A stretch of DNA of 64,000 nt from an uncultured bacterium (GTDB lineage: Bacteria > Pseudomonadota > Gammaproteobacteria > Burkholderiales > Burkholderiaceae_D). The notes beneath the pieces are model-generated. The model was not told where the DNA came from. It saw only the letters and a program-made list of their open reading frames with translations, and did not search any database. Positions 55,706 through 63,450 of this stretch are shown here, in pieces. The stretch is taken from positions 2,457-66,456 of the forward strand of contig CBDDRJ010000015.1 in NCBI GenBank assembly GCA_965233055.1, given 5' to 3'. How positions within the stretch are numbered: the first letter of the stretch is position 1; every line of letters starts with the position of its first letter. Made by a program: the position numbers and the translations under genes.

Positions 55706-56617
55706 TCAAGCCTGTGCAGTTTCCCGCTGGCGCAATGCCACCTCGATGGCCAGTGCGGCAAAGCGCAACGGGTCGTCTTCCTGGATAAAATGCCCACCGT
55801 GCAGTGTGGGATGCGATTGCTGCTGCGCGCCCGGCACCTCGCGCCTGAAGCGCGCACCAAACGGGCGTGTGATCGGATCGCCGTCACTAAAGCAGGTGAT
55901 GAAAGGCTTGTCCCATTTCAGGTAGACCTGCCACGCCTGGCGGCACCTGGCTGCCTCCGGGTCGTCAAAGTGCACCGGCACCAGCGACGGGTAGATGCGC
56001 GCCGCCGCTTTGTAGCGTTCGTCCGGGAACGGCGCATCGTAAGCCGCCACTTCGGCAGCGCTCAGCTTGCGTTTGGACCCCATTTGCAGAATGCGGCCAA
56101 TCGGGAACCATGGACTGAGGCGGGCGAATTTCTCCCACAGGCGCCAGGCCAGCGTCATTGGCGCGTCGCCGGTTGCCAAACCGCCGTTCGACAGCACGAT
56201 TGCGGCAAAGCGTTCAGGATTTTCGGCGGCGAGGCGCAATCCAAGCAGCGAGCCCCAGTCCTGGCACACCAGAGTGATGTCCTTCAGGTCGAGCGCCTCG
56301 ATCCAGTGACGCAGCCAGGCAAGCTGGCCGGAAAAGCTGTAATCCGGGCGCTCGGCCGGCTTGTCGGACTTGCCGAAGCCGATCAAATCAGGCGCCAGCA
56401 CGCGCAGGCCGGCTGCCGCCACCGGCGGTATCATGTGTCGATACAGGTAGGACCAGCTTGGTTCGCCATGCAGCATCAATACCACCTTGCCGTCGTTCGG
56501 TCCCTGGTCCACATAATGCAGGCGCAAGTCCGGCGTGATGTCGTGATAATTGGGCGCGAACGGGTAATCGGGCAGGTTGGCAAAGCGGTGGTCAGGCGTG
56601 CGCAGTACATTCATCAT
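55706..56617 (-). CDS. Haloalkane dehalogenase-like alpha/beta hydrolase (HLD-I, DhlA-like)
   Basis: NVLRTPDHRFANLPDYPFAPNYH...LHGEPSWSYLYRHMIP...APDLIGFGKSDKP...LVCQDWGSLLG...GGHFIQED is closely co-linear with the Xanthobacter DhlA sequence as I recall it. The nucleophile Asp-Trp and the catalytic His are present. Confidence 0.7.
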   Translation of the reverse strand: MMNVLRTPDHRFANLPDYPFAPNYHDITPDLRLHYVDQGPNDGKVVLMLHGEPSWSYLYRHMIPPVAAAGLRVLAPDLIGFGKSDKPAERPDYSFSGQLAWLRHWIEALDLKDITLVCQDWGSLLGLRLAAENPERFAAIVLSNGGLATGDAPMTLAWRLWEKFARLSPWFPIGRILQMGSKRKLSAAEVAAYDAPFPDERYKAAARIYPSLVPVHFDDPEAARCRQAWQVYLKWDKPFITCFSDGDPITRPFGARFRREVPGAQQQSHPTLHGGHFIQEDDPLRFAALAIEVALRQRETAQA

Positions 56618-56746
56618 TCATTTCCCAGGCGACAGCGGTGATGCTGATCCCTGATATTGCCCGAAATCAGAGCTTTGGTCGCCTTCAAATGGCGACAAGT
56701 CATAGTCATTTCGTGACATTCCAATGATCATGGCAAGCGATAAATG

Positions 56747-56776
56747 CAAAAAACCCCGCCGGCATCGCTGCCGGCG
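56747..56776 (-). terminator. Rho-independent terminator of the protease gene
   Basis: On the minus strand, the stem CGCCGGCA-gcga-TGCCGGCG is followed by GGGGTTTTTTG. It begins 30 nt after the stop at 56806. Confidence 0.75.
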
Positions 56777-56805
56777 AGGAACCCGAGGCTGACTACCTTA
56801 CTTGC

Positions 56806-58533
56806 TTATTCGGCGATATCGGCGCCGACATTGATGGCCGCGTAGGCGCGCGTCACCGCTTTGACTTCTGCGCTGTTGGCGCCATACAGTTCGGTCGCCG
56901 AAGCGATCATCTTCAGGCGCGCGTCGGCGTAGTTGGTCGACGAAGTGAACTTGGTGGAGTTGGCCTTGAACCAGATGCGGAACGCCTTGTCGGTGCCGAT
57001 GCCGGTCATCGCCAGCGGCGCCTTGATCAGGTATTTGCTCCAGGTGTCGCTGTTGGCGGTGGACGACGAACCCTTGGCCAGGAAGTAGAACATGCGGTTG
57101 TTCGGGCCGCTGCTGTAGTGGACATCGAGGCGCTTGAGCGAGGTCGACCATGCGTCAGGGCTGCGGCCATCCTTCGACGGCTTCATCATCCAGCGCAGCG
57201 GGGTGCCCGTCTTGCTGATCTCGGTGCCCATCTTCCAGTCATTGCCCGTGTTCGGCACCACGGTGCCGGTGCCGCCGGCGCGCGCGTAGGCTTCCACCGC
57301 TTCGCCATTGATGTCCGAGCTCGACTCGTTCAGGCCGCCCGACTCGCCGCGGTAGGCCAGGTTCGACGTCGATGCCGTTACGCCGTGGCCCATTTCGTGG
57401 CCGATCACGTCGATCGAGCCCAGGCTCAGGAAGGAGCTGCCGTCGCCGATGAACATGCACTTGCAGCTGTCGCTGTAGTAGGCATTGTCGTAGGCGGTAT
57501 TGACGTGGGCCGCAATATAGGTGGCCGTGTTATTACCGTCGAGCGACTGCCAGCCCAGCGTGTTCTTGAGCATGTCGTAGGTGTTCATCAGGCCCCACAT
57601 GGCGTTGACCGCTGCGGTCTGGCCATTGGCATTGGTGGTGCTGCCACCGGCGATATACTGCTTGCCGTCGCCCCAGGTATTGGTGGTGTTGGTATAGACC
57701 GAACCGGCCTGGGTCGTGTGGTTGGCGTTGGTGATGGCCATTGCGCCAAAGGTGCCACCGGTGCCGCGGCTGGCATCGATCATCGTGTAGGTGCTGCCAT
57801 TGAGGGTGGTGTTGATTGGCACGGTGCCGTTGTACTGGCTGTAGCCGGTGCCGACCACGGTCTGGAACATATCCCACTGGTCGATCTGCTGGCCGGTCCT
57901 GGCGCTGACGACGGTGTCGTGGAATACCGCCTTGTTGCCATTGGCCATACGGGTGTGGACCAGGTAGGCCAGCTCGTAGCCATCGACCACGTCTTCGACG
58001 TCGACCGCATTGAGTTCGCTCTCGGCCTTGCGGGCCGCGCCGGGCACGCGCACGGTCTTCATCACTGGCCAGACGATCAGTTCAGCGCTTGGCGGGTCGA
58101 TGTGGACGCCATTCCTGGCGACCTTGGCGACCACGCCGTCGATCGCGGCCTTGGCGCTGATCGAAGGGTTAACGTCCATCTTGCCTTTGGCCAGGCCGTG
58201 GCGGCGCTCGGCCACCGACTCGGACACGATGCTGCCATCGTCGCCGGTGACGACGATCGATTCGGCGCCGAACACGCGCACGCCCTTGAAGGTGTGGTCG
58301 ACGCGGGCGATGGTCTGGCCCTTGACGCCCGGGTGCACCTTGGCGACGACGAAACCATGGTCGGCGTCCAGGCCGCGCGCGGCGCGCTGCGACATCAGGG
58401 CGGCGACCAGGCCGGCATTTTTTTGTGCCGACTGGGCGGCAGGCGCAGCCATCAGGCTGTCGGCGTGTACGTTCAGGGCGATCAGTGGCAGTGCGGCGAT
58501 CGACGCGGCGATCAGTGTCTTACGAAAATTCAT
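56806..58533 (-). CDS. Secreted M4 (thermolysin/pseudolysin-family) zinc metalloprotease with propeptide
   Basis: The ATG at 58533 follows GGAGAA and gives signal peptide MNFRKTLIAASIAALPLIALNVHA. The zinc site is VIGHEMGHGV and the third zinc ligand lies in GGLNESSSDI. Confidence 0.85.
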   Translation of the reverse strand: MNFRKTLIAASIAALPLIALNVHADSLMAAPAAQSAQKNAGLVAALMSQRAARGLDADHGFVVAKVHPGVKGQTIARVDHTFKGVRVFGAESIVVTGDDGSIVSESVAERRHGLAKGKMDVNPSISAKAAIDGVVAKVARNGVHIDPPSAELIVWPVMKTVRVPGAARKAESELNAVDVEDVVDGYELAYLVHTRMANGNKAVFHDTVVSARTGQQIDQWDMFQTVVGTGYSQYNGTVPINTTLNGSTYTMIDASRGTGGTFGAMAITNANHTTQAGSVYTNTTNTWGDGKQYIAGGSTTNANGQTAAVNAMWGLMNTYDMLKNTLGWQSLDGNNTATYIAAHVNTAYDNAYYSDSCKCMFIGDGSSFLSLGSIDVIGHEMGHGVTASTSNLAYRGESGGLNESSSDINGEAVEAYARAGGTGTVVPNTGNDWKMGTEISKTGTPLRWMMKPSKDGRSPDAWSTSLKRLDVHYSSGPNNRMFYFLAKGSSSTANSDTWSKYLIKAPLAMTGIGTDKAFRIWFKANSTKFTSSTNYADARLKMIASATELYGANSAEVKAVTRAYAAINVGADIAE

Positions 58534-58978
58534 CTTTTCTCCAATAGATTGAATATCAACATGGTTGTGGTAGACAACGACATGCCCGGCGACCCTTTGC
58601 TTGCCTTGGGACATCGTGGGTCCGAAGGCAGCGGTTTATTTTTTGGGCCGGCGAGTGGAGATGCAATATCCGCCTGAGAAAAAGCGAAGTCAAAAATCTA
58701 TAAAACTAGGACAGAACGACGCCAAATGTTCAATTATTAACATTGACTGACGCCTATTCGTCGGCAGCCGATGACAGCCGATTTTTGCACCACGATGGGG
58801 AGATTTCGCTCTGAAGCACGAATTAATGCATTGTTAGAGTGCGTTTTTATTTGTATTCGTATGATGAATATCTGGAATCACCAAATAAAATTAAATTTAT
58901 TTTGTGCACTGCAGTATATTTACTCCATGCCGTGACATTTGTTCGGCCCCATTCATCGTTTCATGTTGAGGAGGATTT

Positions 58979-59317
58979 ATGCTTACCCTTACCCGAGTAC
59001 TTGCCGTATCCACCTTGTCGCTGCTGTTATCGACCGCAGCCCATGCCGCCGACGTGGCCCGCCTTTCCAAAGATTGCCCGGTCCCCAATTACCGCAATGC
59101 CTGGATCAGTGCCGATCTGCAAGGCAGCGTTGTGATCACCTTCAGCGCAGATGCGTCCGGCAAGATTGTCGAACCGAAGGTACAGCAGTCGAGCGGCTAC
59201 CACCATCTCGATGCGGCGACCTTGAAGGCTGTCAAGAATTGCAAGGCGGTCAATCCGGCCGCAGCGCAGGGGCAGCTAGTGACGGGCAGAGTCCGGTATG
59301 ACTGGCTGATCAACTGA
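58979..59317 (+). CDS. Small periplasmic TonB C-terminal-domain-like protein
   Basis: The protein is 112 aa with a signal peptide (...STAAHA). YRNAWISADLQGSVVITFSADASGKIVEPKVQQSSGYHHLDAATLKAVKNCK fits the TonB_C pattern. Confidence 0.6.
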   Translation: MLTLTRVLAVSTLSLLLSTAAHAADVARLSKDCPVPNYRNAWISADLQGSVVITFSADASGKIVEPKVQQSSGYHHLDAATLKAVKNCKAVNPAAAQGQLVTGRVRYDWLIN

Positions 59318-59326
59318 GCGAGAAAC

Positions 59327-59358
59327 GCAATAAGCCCACCCGGCGGTGGGCTTATTGC
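59327..59358 (+). terminator. Stem-loop terminator candidate
   Basis: GCAATAAGCCCACC-cggc-GGTGGGCTTATTGC is a perfect 14-bp stem lying 10 nt after the stop. The T-run is weak (cggtgttgt). Confidence 0.5.
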
Positions 59359-59421
59359 CGGTGTTGTCGAACATCCTAAGTAATTGAATGGCCTGTCATT
59401 TCATCGTCATATTCCCGGTTT

Positions 59422-59445
59422 ATAATTCCATTAATGTGGAATTAT
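59422..59445. promoter_or_regulatory. Candidate ArsR operator (perfect inverted repeat)
   Basis: ATAATTCCA-ttaatg-TGGAATTAT lies 26 nt upstream of the arsR ATG, inside an AT-rich promoter-like stretch. Confidence 0.55.
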
Positions 59446-59470
59446 CGAATAGATGATCAAGGAGGCCAGC

Positions 59471-59809
59471 ATGGAAACAAAAGAGGCAATTAGCGCCCTG
59501 GCGGCCCTGGCGCAAGAGTCACGCCTGGCCGTGTTCCGGCTATTGGTGCAGGTCGGGCCGGCCGGTCTGGCCGCGACCAAGATTGCCGAACGGATCAACA
59601 TCCCCCAGTCTTCACTATCGTTCCACCTCAAGGAACTGACGCACGCCCAGCTGGTCGCGCCGCGCCAGGATGGCCGCTTCGTCATCTATTCGGCAAACTT
59701 CACGACCATGAACGGGCTGATGGCCTTCCTGACCGACAGCTGCTGCGGCGGCAATCCCTGCTCGCCCTCGGCACCGCTGGCTTGCACCACCGAACAATCG
59801 CCCTCCTGA
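59471..59809 (+). CDS. arsR: ArsR/SmtB-family metalloregulator with a C-terminal cysteine cluster
   Basis: AAGGAGG lies 5 nt upstream of the ATG at 59471. The wHTH is LAATKIAERINIPQSSLSFHLKEL. No ELCVCDL motif is present. The C-terminal has DSCCGGNPC. Confidence 0.85.
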   Translation: METKEAISALAALAQESRLAVFRLLVQVGPAGLAATKIAERINIPQSSLSFHLKELTHAQLVAPRQDGRFVIYSANFTTMNGLMAFLTDSCCGGNPCSPSAPLACTTEQSPS

Positions 59810-59813
59810 TGAA

Positions 59814-60308
59814 ATGAGCTCCGACATGAACGTCCTCTTTCTTTGCACCGGCAACTCCTGCCGTTCGATCCTCGGCGAGGCCACCTTCAACCACCTGGCG
59901 CCGGCCGGCTGGCACGCGATGAGTGCCGGCAGCAAGCCGGCCGGCTATGTCCATCCGCGCTCGCTCGCGCTATTGGCACGCGAAGGGATATCGACAGACG
60001 GCTACTACAGCAAGTCGTGGGAGGCGTTGCCGTCGACGCCAGACATCGTCATCACCGTCTGTGGCAGCGCTGCCGGCGAGACTTGCCCGGCCTACCTCGG
60101 CCCTGTATTGCGCACGCACTGGGGCGTGGAAGATCCGGCCCACGCGACCGGCACCGAAGAAGAAATCGATGCCGCATTCATGACGGCCTACCGCATCCTG
60201 CGTGCGCGCATCGAAGCATTGCTGGCACTGCCGCTGGCCGAGCTGACGGATGACAAGGCCCGGCTCAAGGCCGAGCTGGACCGCATCGGCAGCCTGCTGC
60301 CCAATTAA
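59814..60308 (+). CDS. arsC: Arsenate reductase, LMW-PTPase family (thioredoxin-coupled type)
   Basis: The P-loop is VLFLCTGNSCRS. The downstream Cys pair lies in TVCGSAAGETCP. Confidence 0.8.
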   Translation: MSSDMNVLFLCTGNSCRSILGEATFNHLAPAGWHAMSAGSKPAGYVHPRSLALLAREGISTDGYYSKSWEALPSTPDIVITVCGSAAGETCPAYLGPVLRTHWGVEDPAHATGTEEEIDAAFMTAYRILRARIEALLALPLAELTDDKARLKAELDRIGSLLPN

Positions 60309-60348
60309 ACTGGCTTCACGCCAACGAACCGACCAAACGGGAAATATC

Positions 60349-60849
60349 ATGAGCGAAAAAGTGTATAACGTGCTGTTTCTGTGCACCGGGAATTCCGCGC
60401 GCAGCATCATGGCCGAGGCCGTACTCAATGCCGCCGGAAAGGGACGCTTCAAGGCTTACAGCGCCGGCAGCCACCCGACTGGTGGCGTGCACCGCTTCGC
60501 CATCGAGCAGATCGATTCGATCGGCTATCCGCTGGAAAATTTGCGCAGCAAGTCCTGGGATGAATTTGCCGCGCCTGGCGCGCCGCACATGGACTTCGTC
60601 ATCACCGTGTGCGACAAGGCAGCCGGCGAGGTTTGTCCGCACTGGCCAGGCCAGCCGATGACTGCCCACTGGGGTTTCCAGGATCCGGCCGCGACCAAGG
60701 GCAGCAATGATGAAATCGGCCATGCCTTCGCCACGGTCTGCCGCGAAATCAAGACCCGCCTGGACATCTTCATGAGCCTGCCGCTTGAGAAGCTTGAGAA
60801 GCTGGCCCTGAAACGAGAACTCGATAAGATCGGAGAAAGCAAGCGATGA
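60349..60849 (+). CDS. arsC: Second LMW-PTPase-family ArsC-like protein
   Basis: The ATG at 60349 gives the P-loop VLFLCTGNSARS. It also has TVCDKAAGEVCPHWPG. Confidence 0.75.
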   Translation: MSEKVYNVLFLCTGNSARSIMAEAVLNAAGKGRFKAYSAGSHPTGGVHRFAIEQIDSIGYPLENLRSKSWDEFAAPGAPHMDFVITVCDKAAGEVCPHWPGQPMTAHWGFQDPAATKGSNDEIGHAFATVCREIKTRLDIFMSLPLEKLEKLALKRELDKIGESKR

Positions 60850-61538
60850 CGAAGGCACGACGTATTGTGGCCGAGGGCCTGGGGACTGCGCTGCTGCTGG
60901 CAGTGGTGGTGGGGTCGGGCATCATGGCCGAGCGCCTGGCCGGCGGCAACGTGGCGCTGGCGCTGCTGGCGAACGCACTCGCCACCGGCGCCGGCCTGGT
61001 CGCCCTGATCCTGATGTTCGGGCCCGTCTCGGGAGCGCATTTCAATCCAGCCGTCACGCTGTCGCAGGCGTGGCAAAAGAATATGCCGGGCAGCGAAGTG
61101 CTGCCTTACATCCTGGCGCAAGTTGCAGGCGGTTTTGCCGGTGTCGCGGCGGCCCACCTGATGTTTGGCGACCCGCTATTCTTTGCGTCCGAGCATGTCC
61201 GCACCGGCCCGGCCCAGTGGTGGAGCGAATTCGTCGCCACCTTCGGCCTGTTGGCGGTTATCATCGGCTGCTCGCGCAGCCGCCCTGCCGTGACGCCGTT
61301 TGCCGTGGCTGCTTACATCACGGCCGCCTATTGGTTCACCTCGTCGACTTCATTTGCCAATCCGGCGGTGACGCTGGCGCGCAGTGCCTCCAATACCTTC
61401 GCCGGCATCCGGCCAATCGACGCGCCCGGATTCATCATCGCGCAATTGCTCGGCGCGGCCTGCGCGACCATCGTGTTCTGCTGGTTGTATCCGGCTGAGA
61501 ACGCTAAAGGCTCGGAACAAGATTCCATTGGTCATTGA
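60846..61538 (+). CDS. aqpS: MIP-family aquaglyceroporin in an ars operon (AqpS-like)
   Basis: It has two NPA boxes (GAHFNPAVT and SFANPAVT) and six TM segments. It overlaps arsC by 4 nt. Confidence 0.8.
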   Translation: MTKARRIVAEGLGTALLLAVVVGSGIMAERLAGGNVALALLANALATGAGLVALILMFGPVSGAHFNPAVTLSQAWQKNMPGSEVLPYILAQVAGGFAGVAAAHLMFGDPLFFASEHVRTGPAQWWSEFVATFGLLAVIIGCSRSRPAVTPFAVAAYITAAYWFTSSTSFANPAVTLARSASNTFAGIRPIDAPGFIIAQLLGAACATIVFCWLYPAENAKGSEQDSIGH

Positions 61539-63084
61539 TGACCAATCCGTGCTGCTCGACCAATACCCGCCCTGCCGCTTCATTGAAGGCCCGGTCCGAC
61601 GTCGGTTCGAATTTGTCGATATGGGCCAGGCTGGACTTATCCAGGATGAAGGTGCCGACCAGGTAGTGGCGGCTGATGTTATACAGCGAAGGCGACAGGC
61701 TCAGCAGTGAAGTCACCGGGATCCCGCACAGGTGCGGCTCCAGGTCGCCCTCCTCCGCATGCCCCTGCAGCAGATACCACAGCGGGGTCCCGATGGCCAG
61801 TTTGGCGTCGGGTTTCATCCACGTGAGCAAATTCTTCAGGACTTCCCTGGCGGTCGCCGCATCAAGGTGTTCGATGACGTCGAAGAAACAGATCAAGTCA
61901 TACGACGCCAGCGTATCGCGATCGAGGTGCTGCACCAGGCCATGCCACACGGTGCGATAGACGCCGCTTTCGAACAGGGGAATATTGCAGCAAGTCCGGT
62001 AGTAGCCGTCGATGGCGTCGACCGCCCAGTCGCGGCTCAACGCATGGTTCTTCAAGACGGTGCCCAGGTTGCCGGTGCCAAAACCAATATCGAGGACGGA
62101 AACAGGGCGCGGCGTCTCGCCAAACACCAGGGGAATCAGATGCTTGGCTGACGACGACCCGCCTACGAAGGCGTAATTGGGCGGCACGGCGATGTCAGCA
62201 ACAATCTTGTAATTCTCGACGATGGTCTTGAGGGTCACGGGTTGCGGCGGCGGTGTGACTGCGGCAGCCGGCGTACCGTCGGAAACCTGATGCCAGCGCT
62301 CGTCGATGATCAATCCATGGCGCTTCACCAGCGCAAGACCGGCGGCTTCATCGAATGCCCGGTCAGTCGTTGGTTCGAATTTGTCGATATGCGCCAGGCT
62401 GGACTTATCCAGGATGAAAGTTCCGACAAGATAGGTCTTGTTGATGTTGTACAGGACCGGCGCCAGGTTCAGCAGCGAGGTGACGGGGACACCGCACAGA
62501 TGGGGTTCAAGGTCGCCTTCTTCGCCATGGCTTTGCACCAGGAACCACAACGGCGTTCCAATGGCCAATTTGCAGTCGGGTTTCATCCAGGTCAGCAAAT
62601 CGGTCAGGACTCGCTTTGCGGTCGAGGCGTCGAGGTGTTCGATGACGTCGAAGAAGCAGATCAAGTCATAGGTTTCCAGCCTTGCGCGATCGAGGTCCTG
62701 GACCAGTCCGTGCCACACATTGCGATAGACGCAGTTTTCAAACAGCGGCACGTTGCAGCAGGTGCGGTAGAAGCCGTCGATGCCGTCGATGACCCAGTCC
62801 TTGCACAGGGGATCTTGCTTGATGTGATTTCCCATATCGCCGCGGCCAAAGCCGATATCGAGCGCGGTGACAGGGCGCGGTGTGTCGCCGAAGACTTTCG
62901 GCACGAGGTGCTTGGCTGAACTTGACCAGCCAACAAATACATAATCCGGCGGGACAGCGATATCGGCGACGATCTTGTAGTCCGCGACGATTGCCGTCAC
63001 CTTGCTGGCGGGAGCAGCTTCGACCGATGCTTTGCGTATTTTCTTGGTTTTTACATTGTCGCGCATGAAACGGTTCGCCCTCAA
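61504..63084 (-). CDS. Internally duplicated class I SAM-methyltransferase-like protein (two ~256-aa repeats)
   Basis: Each half contains YKIVADIAVPP, LDIGFG(R/T)G, YRTCCN(V/I)PLFE, YDLICFFDVIEHLDA, LLTWMKPD.KLAIGTPLW, EEGDLEPHLCG and YLVGTFILDKSSLAHIDKFEPT. The DNA period is 768 nt (TTCGAATTTGTCGAT at 61606 and 62374). Confidence 0.75.
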   Translation of the reverse strand: MRANRFMRDNVKTKKIRKASVEAAPASKVTAIVADYKIVADIAVPPDYVFVGWSSSAKHLVPKVFGDTPRPVTALDIGFGRGDMGNHIKQDPLCKDWVIDGIDGFYRTCCNVPLFENCVYRNVWHGLVQDLDRARLETYDLICFFDVIEHLDASTAKRVLTDLLTWMKPDCKLAIGTPLWFLVQSHGEEGDLEPHLCGVPVTSLLNLAPVLYNINKTYLVGTFILDKSSLAHIDKFEPTTDRAFDEAAGLALVKRHGLIIDERWHQVSDGTPAAAVTPPPQPVTLKTIVENYKIVADIAVPPNYAFVGGSSSAKHLIPLVFGETPRPVSVLDIGFGTGNLGTVLKNHALSRDWAVDAIDGYYRTCCNIPLFESGVYRTVWHGLVQHLDRDTLASYDLICFFDVIEHLDAATAREVLKNLLTWMKPDAKLAIGTPLWYLLQGHAEEGDLEPHLCGIPVTSLLSLSPSLYNISRHYLVGTFILDKSSLAHIDKFEPTSDRAFNEAAGRVLVEQHGLVINDQWNLVPSL

Positions 63085-63450
63085 TAGATTCAGGATAGCA
63101 GGACTTACTCATAGTAGATTTGTGATTGTAGCTTGATTTAACTCAAGCGCCGCCAACCATCAGCGCACGACTGGACCGGCCGGCACTCCAAAGCGCATGG
63201 ACGGGAATTCAAGCAAGCCAATTGTACTCACCACCGGCGCCGAAGGCCGCATCGGCCAAGCCTTGGCAGAGGAAAGGCCAAGTCTTGCACTGTCGTTGGT
63301 TTCGAGCGCAGTGGCAAAGGCGAGCATCGCATCGAGGCCGATATCACGTCCGATGCGTCGCTGGACTTATTCTGCCCCGGTGCGGATTGGCAGCCGCAGC
63401 TGCGACGGTGCTGTCCGGCATTGCCCTGATCTGGCTGGCATTGGTGCCCT

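Noticed and set aside
26203-56617. Classifying the accessory-looking block as a mobile genomic island, or as a prophage, ICE or defence island.
   Set aside because: I saw no integrase, transposase, tRNA attachment site, phage or conjugation genes, no recognisable defence-system domains, and no CRISPR repeats. The only recombinase-like sequence is an 85-aa fragment.
61601-61620. GGTTCGAAT, a tRNA T-arm-like string, also present at 62371-62380.
   Set aside because: Both copies lie inside the duplicated methyltransferase coding repeats. No acceptor or anticodon stems can be folded around them. I found no tRNA genes in the window.
61504-63084. The idea that the duplicated methyltransferase is an ArsM-type As(III) methyltransferase because it abuts the ars operon and is Cys-rich.
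   Set aside because: It is convergent to the ars genes, not co-transcribed with them. The motif order does not resemble ArsM as far as I can judge by eye. I keep it only as a test to run.
63085-63450. A possible remnant of a STAS/anti-sigma-antagonist-like gene on the minus strand (…DIGLDAMLAFATALETNDSARLGL…).
   Set aside because: There is no start codon context, an in-frame stop lies just upstream, third-position GC is mediocre, and the similarity is only a vague pattern. The plus-strand 165-aa ORF (63197-63694) also looks spurious because it overlaps the CheW-like gene antisense.
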